Below are positions 58,626-64,000 of a DNA stretch of 64,000 nt, piece after piece (positions within the stretch are counted from its first letter, which is position 1; every line of letters begins with the position of its first letter). The DNA lies in assembly GCA_021373255.1 (NCBI GenBank), contig JAJFTD010000100.1:24636-88635 (forward strand). Direction: 5' to 3'. Source of the DNA: a bacterium (lineage in GTDB: Bacteria; Armatimonadota; UBA5829). The notes beneath the pieces were generated by a model that worked only from the letters and a program-made list of their open reading frames with translations, was not told the origin of the DNA and ran no database searches. The translations under genes and the position numbers were made by a program.

Positions 58626-59768
58626 TTAATTCTTAAATAGCCACCCGAAAGGAAGAATCGACTGAATAATCTGCAGTGGGTTCATCTTGTCTTTGTGTAT
58701 TGGCACGTAGACTACATCTCCTCTTTTTACGAGAGGTTCGTCATTAGCGCTGTTCAATACTTTTGTAAGATCAAGGACTTGAGTTTCACTGGGTTTGCCG
58801 TCCGCAGTGGCAGAGCGCATTAACTGTACTTTTCGCAGATCACCCATATTGGCGACTGGGCCGCCTGCCATACCTATAGCTTCGCTCAACGTCAGTTTTC
58901 CCTTTAATGGATACTGGCCTGGCTTGCCTACGCCACCCATCACCGTAAAAAATGCAGTTTCCAATTCGGGCACGTAGATAGTATCGCCAGCTTGCAGCAT
59001 GTAGTCAGACGAAGGATCACCGTCCATAGCCTTTTTGTAATCTACGTGAATTACGTCGAATGTACCCTGCCGCTTAATTGTGATGTTGGCTGTGTCTGCT
59101 TCAACATTCACTCCGCCGATCAACCCCATAAGCTCTCTGAAAGTCATATTGCGTTTGATGGGCACAGAACCTGTCTTAGGCACTTGTCCCAAGACCATAA
59201 CAAGACCGATGTCCTGCCTGGGCACTACCACAGTGTCACCGGACTGCAGAGGGATATTTACAGTGAGGTCCGTACCTGATAAAAACTTAGTGAGATCGAC
59301 ATCGATCACTTCATCGCCACGATGAACGCTCACTCGGGATAGATCGGCTGTGTCATCATATCCGGCATTAGCCATCGCCTGGATTACCCGGTCTCCGACT
59401 CCCACATCCGTTGCACCCGGCTTGCCGACCTGTCCAACAACAAAGACCTGCATCTTCGTCCTTGCGATGAATGTCACAGTAACCTGCGGGTTAATCAGCA
59501 CTTTGCCAAGAGCTTTGGTGATCACTCCTGCAGCCTCAGAGGATGTAAGATCGGCAATTTTCACCGGATCAAGCATTGGCACGGTGATGAAGCCGTCTTT
59601 ATCTACCTCATAATCTTTAGTAAACTCCTTCTCGCCATCCACACGAACAGCGATAACATCTCCGGGAATGAGCCTGGAACCATCCGCATATAATGTACAC
59701 GGTGCGGCATACAGGGCAAGCACACCGGCCAGTATAAGAGGTGCTGGAAGAAGTTTTTTGCTAAACAT
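58626..59768 (-). CDS. Polysaccharide export protein (Wza/GumB/KpsD family; Poly_export + SLBB domains)
   Basis: Signal peptide then PGDVIAVRVDGEKEFTKDYEVDKDGFITVPMLDPVKIADLT, which is the Poly_export PES motif region. Repeated SLBB-like modules GDTVVVP and GDTIYVP follow. Confidence 0.8.
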   Translation of the reverse strand: MFSKKLLPAPLILAGVLALYAAPCTLYADGSRLIPGDVIAVRVDGEKEFTKDYEVDKDGFITVPMLDPVKIADLTSSEAAGVITKALGKVLINPQVTVTFIARTKMQVFVVGQVGKPGATDVGVGDRVIQAMANAGYDDTADLSRVSVHRGDEVIDVDLTKFLSGTDLTVNIPLQSGDTVVVPRQDIGLVMVLGQVPKTGSVPIKRNMTFRELMGLIGGVNVEADTANITIKRQGTFDVIHVDYKKAMDGDPSSDYMLQAGDTIYVPELETAFFTVMGGVGKPGQYPLKGKLTLSEAIGMAGGPVANMGDLRKVQLMRSATADGKPSETQVLDLTKVLNSANDEPLVKRGDVVYVPIHKDKMNPLQIIQSILPFGWLFKN

Positions 59769-60049
59769 TACATCGTGCCTCCGGGACCCTAACCTACACT
59801 AGAGTTCTCTAAACGGAACCAGGCGTATAGAGTCCAATTTCATTATTCCTAGCATGTGGCCTGCAGTCAAGTACATTTTTGTACTAACTCGAGAATATTA
59901 AGATATAGCCTAAGCCTCTTTCCGTCACAATTATTTGTAAAAAACAGGTATGATTACCGGGATGGGCGGCTTGGCAGTCACGGAAGAACAACCTAGCAGG
60001 TCAATAGAATTTGATCTGTGAACCATTGGTCTGCCAAGGACGTTCCACT

Positions 60050-62740
60050 ATGCGACGCGTAATCTTTGCCGCGATATTGTTTCTCTTGTTTGCACCTCAG
60101 CATGAGGCTCAGGCTGTTGGCCTACCTCCTGGAACACAAATTCAGCTTACGGCAACAGGAGACTACGACAATATCTACAATGAACACCACAACGCAGTCG
60201 CTGTTCCAGTTACACTAACAGTTCTTAGGACTGCAGGGACAAGGGTAGACTGGCTCCCACCCGTTGGCGAAATAAGCAGCGGAAGTGATGTATATATTCC
60301 TCTGAAAGTCTACAACACCGGTAACGCCCCAGATACATTCGATCTCTCAGCACAGTCCGTCAATGGCTGGACTGTAAAGTTCATATATGATGAAAATAAT
60401 GATGGCACTCATCAAAACACGGAACAGTGGGAAATAACCGACACAGATAACGTAGTTACTGACGGCTATTGTCCTTGTTTTGCGAAAGTATCAATCCCAT
60501 CGGAAGCAACGGATTCGGATACTGTAATTGTGACATCGGCATCGCGCTATAGTCCTCAACTGGGCACCGGTTCGGCTGAGTGCACCGTGCCCGCGCCTGG
60601 AATGATGGGTAGCCGGATAACCGCGTCTGCAATCCCACTGGCTCCCTATGTAGGTCAGACTGTTACCATAACCGCTCAACTGGACCCTGCAAAACAGGAG
60701 CCTATCGATATAAGTATTGTAGACCCCGTTGCGGGAGTGACATCATCGTCATATACGACCGGGGCCGATGGATCGCTGCAGGTAACTTTCGTTCCCGATC
60801 ACGTCGGAGCATACAACATACAATTGGACTTCGCCGGAGATGATAAATACTCAGCCAGTTCGGCTAACATAGCTGTTGATGTGCAGGATAAGATAGAAAC
60901 ATCCATCACCCTGACATCTACCCCTGACAATCCCAGCATTGGGTCCACATTGACCGTGAATGGCACACTGCTGCCCGTGCAGGTTGCGACCGTAGACCTG
61001 ACCTGTACAAAACCCAGTGGAAGCTCTACCCAATATCACATCACCACAAACCAGTCGGGCCAGTTTTCATGGAACACGAACACTGTCGAATCAGGCGCGT
61101 GGTATATTGTAGCTTCGTATGCCGGTTCAGAGTCTCAGAAGACAACTTCAAGCAATCTGAGCATTCAAGTGACGACACCCATACCGGAAACTCACAATAT
61201 CTCGTTTACCACGGGTGCATCGGTCAGTCCTGCTGTTGTTGAATCTGCCGGAACAACACAATGTAATGCTTCCGCTACAGACTCCGGCGGGCACCAGGTC
61301 AGCTATCATTGGTCGGATGGCAATATCGGAGGCGAGTTCAGCCCGAGCGCGGATGTGAAGCAGCCTTCTTATAAAGCTCCAGCGAATACATCAGGCAGTG
61401 ACATCACTGTCACGTTGTCCTGCACTGCTATGTGTGCCAACGATAATCAGATTAGCGCGGCAAGTAGCGCTAACCTGACTGTGCACACTGTTGATTTAAC
61501 TCCGCCAAACGTAACATCCATTCTTCCAGCTAACGGATCATCATGCGTGGCGCTGGATTCAGCAATGGTTATTCAATTCAGTAAAGCGATGAACAAGTCG
61601 GTAACTCAAGCCGCTTTGAGCTTCTCACCGGCACTGACTAACCCAAGCTATATCTGGAGCACGGACAGTCGAACCCTAACGGTCAACCATCAGGGCTTTG
61701 CTGCAGGAACGACCTATAATTGTTCAGTATTAACATCTGCTGTCGATACGGTGGGTATACCGATTGATCAGGTTTATACATGGACGTTCTCCACTGCAAC
61801 GGGAGCAAACTTTAGCCCGAACCAGGCTACTGCGTTGGTTGGTCGTGCCTTCATAACTCCATCTATCGTCCTGGGCAGCGTTCAGCTTTCGTCGGTTTCG
61901 CTGGCTATATCCGTGCCTGAATCGATAAGTGTCGATTCGACTCGCATGAACGAGAACTTGACCTGCATAGAGCAGGGCAGCGCAGTAACTCTGATGACTA
62001 GTGATTGGGACGGTGCAGGCAGGTTGATTACGATCAGCGCACATCTTGCGGCTGGAGCAACTCCGGGAGCGGAGATCGTCAAGGCTATTCATATGACTGC
62101 GCCGACGAGTATTGGTAGCGTTCAGTTGCTTCTTGGTGAATGCTCTGCGCTTAATATGCGCTTTAAGCTGCCTGAGCCGGGCGATTTCAATCTTGATGGC
62201 AATGTCAACACTACAGATGCCGCAATGTTCATTGATGCCTGGAACCGATGGCACGGGCAATCAGCACCGCTATTTGATGCCAGCACAGATGGGCCGTTCG
62301 ACCTTGCTCCGCATACATCTAATGTATGGCCATCGTGGACAGCAACCGGTGATCACCTTATAAACATAAATGATGCTAATGCGTTTATTGATTGCTGGCT
62401 GGGTTCTCACAGCTCTCAACAAAGCGCATCCGTTCCAGCGGTATCAACTCGGGCGTGCGCTTCGCGAACATCGACAATCTCTGCTGGAAACCAGATTACA
62501 GTTTCTATAGACTCGGCTAATAATGGAGTGTTTGAGACCTCAGTCCAGCTACCTGCCGGGGCTACATTCAATGCTGCTTTGGACACTTCCTGTGGCAACC
62601 TGAAGAATGTGGACCCTGGGAAAAGCGTGGGCGAAATGTTCTTTACTGAGTATGATCGCCGCAGTAGAACGATCAAACTTGCGGGTAATGTGTACGGAGA
62701 CCCGCCATATAAAGTAGCAGTGATCCGGTTGGGTCGCTAA
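60050..62740 (+). CDS. Large secreted Ig-like multidomain protein with a C-terminal dockerin-like segment
   Basis: Signal MRRVIFAAILFLLFAPQHEAQA is followed by several Ig-like/Big_5-type modules (PPNVTSILPANGSS...YTWTFST). The dockerin-like calcium-binding repeat is DFNLDGNVNTTDAAMFIDAW. The ORF is open from 60011. Confidence 0.6.
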   Translation: MRRVIFAAILFLLFAPQHEAQAVGLPPGTQIQLTATGDYDNIYNEHHNAVAVPVTLTVLRTAGTRVDWLPPVGEISSGSDVYIPLKVYNTGNAPDTFDLSAQSVNGWTVKFIYDENNDGTHQNTEQWEITDTDNVVTDGYCPCFAKVSIPSEATDSDTVIVTSASRYSPQLGTGSAECTVPAPGMMGSRITASAIPLAPYVGQTVTITAQLDPAKQEPIDISIVDPVAGVTSSSYTTGADGSLQVTFVPDHVGAYNIQLDFAGDDKYSASSANIAVDVQDKIETSITLTSTPDNPSIGSTLTVNGTLLPVQVATVDLTCTKPSGSSTQYHITTNQSGQFSWNTNTVESGAWYIVASYAGSESQKTTSSNLSIQVTTPIPETHNISFTTGASVSPAVVESAGTTQCNASATDSGGHQVSYHWSDGNIGGEFSPSADVKQPSYKAPANTSGSDITVTLSCTAMCANDNQISAASSANLTVHTVDLTPPNVTSILPANGSSCVALDSAMVIQFSKAMNKSVTQAALSFSPALTNPSYIWSTDSRTLTVNHQGFAAGTTYNCSVLTSAVDTVGIPIDQVYTWTFSTATGANFSPNQATALVGRAFITPSIVLGSVQLSSVSLAISVPESISVDSTRMNENLTCIEQGSAVTLMTSDWDGAGRLITISAHLAAGATPGAEIVKAIHMTAPTSIGSVQLLLGECSALNMRFKLPEPGDFNLDGNVNTTDAAMFIDAWNRWHGQSAPLFDASTDGPFDLAPHTSNVWPSWTATGDHLININDANAFIDCWLGSHSSQQSASVPAVSTRACASRTSTISAGNQITVSIDSANNGVFETSVQLPAGATFNAALDTSCGNLKNVDPGKSVGEMFFTEYDRRSRTIKLAGNVYGDPPYKVAVIRLGR

Positions 62741-62773
62741 ACTCGTGCTTCGACTCTGCTCACTCCTGCGAAT

Positions 62774-62819
62774 GAGAAGCTGGGATGTCATGCTGTCCCA
62801 GCTTCTCAGTTTGTCTCTC
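62774..62819 (+). terminator. Rho-independent terminator (12-bp perfect stem)
   Basis: gagaagctggga-tgtcatgctg-tcccagcttctc-agtttgtctctc. Confidence 0.55.
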
Positions 62820-62857
62820 TCCAACAAGGTAAATATTGCCGATAATGAGTATAGTAG

Positions 62858-63853
62858 ATGTTGATACTCTATAGGAGGAAATGCCTCTCCATGAATACAC
62901 GCGGAAACCCTCTGGTGGGACTGGCTGTGCTTGCATTACTATTCGTATGTGTAACTGTATCCAATGCAAGCCCCAGTATTGTATTCAGCCCAACCAGCCT
63001 TACAATAACTCCTGATAGCACCATGACTACACCACACCTCGTGGTGCAAAATGCGACAGGCATCACATCGGTGAACATTCAAATTACAGTACCGGCTGGT
63101 TTGTCTGTCGATACCACTAATGTGGGAGGCAGCATGGCTTGCCTTACCAAGGGCTATAGTGCAGGCAACCTGTTTTTTGCTGAATGGAACGCGGCCACAC
63201 GCCAGATCAGCGTAGCGTGTAACGTTACTTCCGGTGCCACTATAGAAATACTGCAATCCATTACATTCACCACCGGACACACGGTCACGGCAGGACAGTT
63301 TACCGTCACAGGAACCGTGACAGGAGCCAGTTCCAGCCCGACGTTTGTAGCCTTATCTCTGGAGCTTCAGCACACTGTGGCGTTTACATCAGTGCCGAGT
63401 GTGGATGCACAGACAGTCTTCTCCGGTGATAGTGTTCACTGCAGTGCGGCTGCGTCCGACACAGTTACGGGTCATTCGGTTGCTTACTCATGGTCGGATG
63501 GAGGCAAGGGCGGCTCTTTCAGCCCCAACGCCACCACCCAAAACCCCACCTACACTGCTCCGATAAACAGTTCAGGAGTCAATGTGGCTGTCACGCTTTC
63601 CTGCACTGCATCGTGCACGGCAGCATCGACAGTGAAAGCCACCGGAAGCACCACATTAACGGTGTCTTCAACGCTGAAGGGTGATGTTGATGGTGATCGA
63701 GATGTCGATCGGACTGATGCTGACTTGGTGCTGCAAGCTGTAATTGGAGACATATCTGTAAACATGGCGACTATGGACGTCAACGGGAACGGCAAGGTGA
63801 CATCAGCAGATGCCACATGGATACTAAAGCACCCCGTAGCTGCCGGAAGTTAG
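62858..63853 (+). CDS. Secreted Ig-like protein with a C-terminal dockerin-like pair of repeats; paralogous module shared with the preceding gene
   Basis: Signal peptide is present. AYSWSDGGKGGSFSPNATTQNPTYTAPINSSGVNVAVTLSCTASC parallels SYHWSDGNIGGEFSPSADVKQPSYKAPANTSGSDITVTLSCTAMC in the 909-aa protein. Dockerin-like repeats are DVDGDRDVDRTDADLV and DVNGNGKVTSADAT. Confidence 0.6.
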   Translation: MLILYRRKCLSMNTRGNPLVGLAVLALLFVCVTVSNASPSIVFSPTSLTITPDSTMTTPHLVVQNATGITSVNIQITVPAGLSVDTTNVGGSMACLTKGYSAGNLFFAEWNAATRQISVACNVTSGATIEILQSITFTTGHTVTAGQFTVTGTVTGASSSPTFVALSLELQHTVAFTSVPSVDAQTVFSGDSVHCSAAASDTVTGHSVAYSWSDGGKGGSFSPNATTQNPTYTAPINSSGVNVAVTLSCTASCTAASTVKATGSTTLTVSSTLKGDVDGDRDVDRTDADLVLQAVIGDISVNMATMDVNGNGKVTSADATWILKHPVAAGS

Positions 63854-63866
63854 GATGATGAGGGAT

Positions 63867-64000
63867 ATGACATACAGATTGATTCGCAATGTCTTTTTGA
63901 TATTTGCCGTGGTATGCTTTACAGGATGTGGCGGTGGCGGAGGAGGTGGGTCAACTCCCGCGACTCCGGTTGCGCGTTTGGTACCTGAAGCGCCAAGTAT
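63867..64000 (+). CDS. Putative lipoprotein, 5' end only (runs off the window)
   Basis: MTYRLIRNVFLIFAVVCFTGCGGGGGGG has a lipobox-like FTGC and a Gly-rich linker. Shine-Dalgarno is gaggga. Confidence 0.3.
   Translation, partial: MTYRLIRNVFLIFAVVCFTGCGGGGGGGSTPATPVARLVPEAPS

Noticed and set aside
60050-63853. Cellulosome components
   Set aside because: Dockerin-like repeats are present, but no cohesin, scaffoldin or cellulase genes are seen. A non-cellulosomal use of dockerin is more likely.

Overview
This is a bacterial chromosomal window of about 52% GC and dense coding, with no rRNA, tRNA or CRISPR seen. It has three parts.

(1) Housekeeping block, 1-12.7 kb: the 3' end of gatB, a TIM-barrel sugar-phosphate isomerase, an MgtC-family protein, proS, a GNAT acetyltransferase, and on the minus strand ispG-rseP-dxr-uppS-frr-pyrH-tsf-rpsB. 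cdsA is missing between uppS and dxr.

(2) Small accessory patch, 12.9-19.3 kb: an outer-membrane beta-barrel protein, an unusual YukD-like-Ubl + JAMM/MPN+ + TM + LysM fusion protein, an inositol monophosphatase, a membrane-anchored C39-like peptidase, and gyrA.

(3) PEP-CTERM/exosortase exopolysaccharide locus, about 28 kb (19.6-47.7 kb), all on the plus strand except two PEP-CTERM genes. It encodes:
- a Wzc-like chain-length determinant with a degenerate kinase Walker A;
- a Wzm/Wzt ABC transporter whose Wzt carries a C-terminal carbohydrate-binding domain;
- five GT2 and four GT4 glycosyltransferases;
- a Wzy/WaaL-like membrane protein;
- a secreted glycoside-hydrolase-like giant protein;
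- a Zn-ribbon methyltransferase;
- an exosortase fused to EpsI;
- a GT-C family 39/83-like membrane protein;
- three PEP-CTERM proteins with a variant VPEAS/VPEIP motif;
- a priming sugar transferase whose N-terminus carries an in-frame PEP-CTERM-like module.
No Wzx flippase is present.

Downstream (47.9-54.5 kb) is a Firmicutes-style ffh-rpsP-KH-ylqD-rimM-trmD-rplS-lepB-rnhB-yraN block, followed by an orphan prepilin-type gene, an OmpR/histidine-kinase pair preceded by four phased CGGAC repeats, and a RodZ-like gene. The window ends with a small outer-membrane barrel gene convergent with a Wza-like exporter gene, two paralogous dockerin/Ig-like secreted proteins, and the start of a lipoprotein gene.

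Coordinates read from the printed sequence may be off by 1 nt in places.
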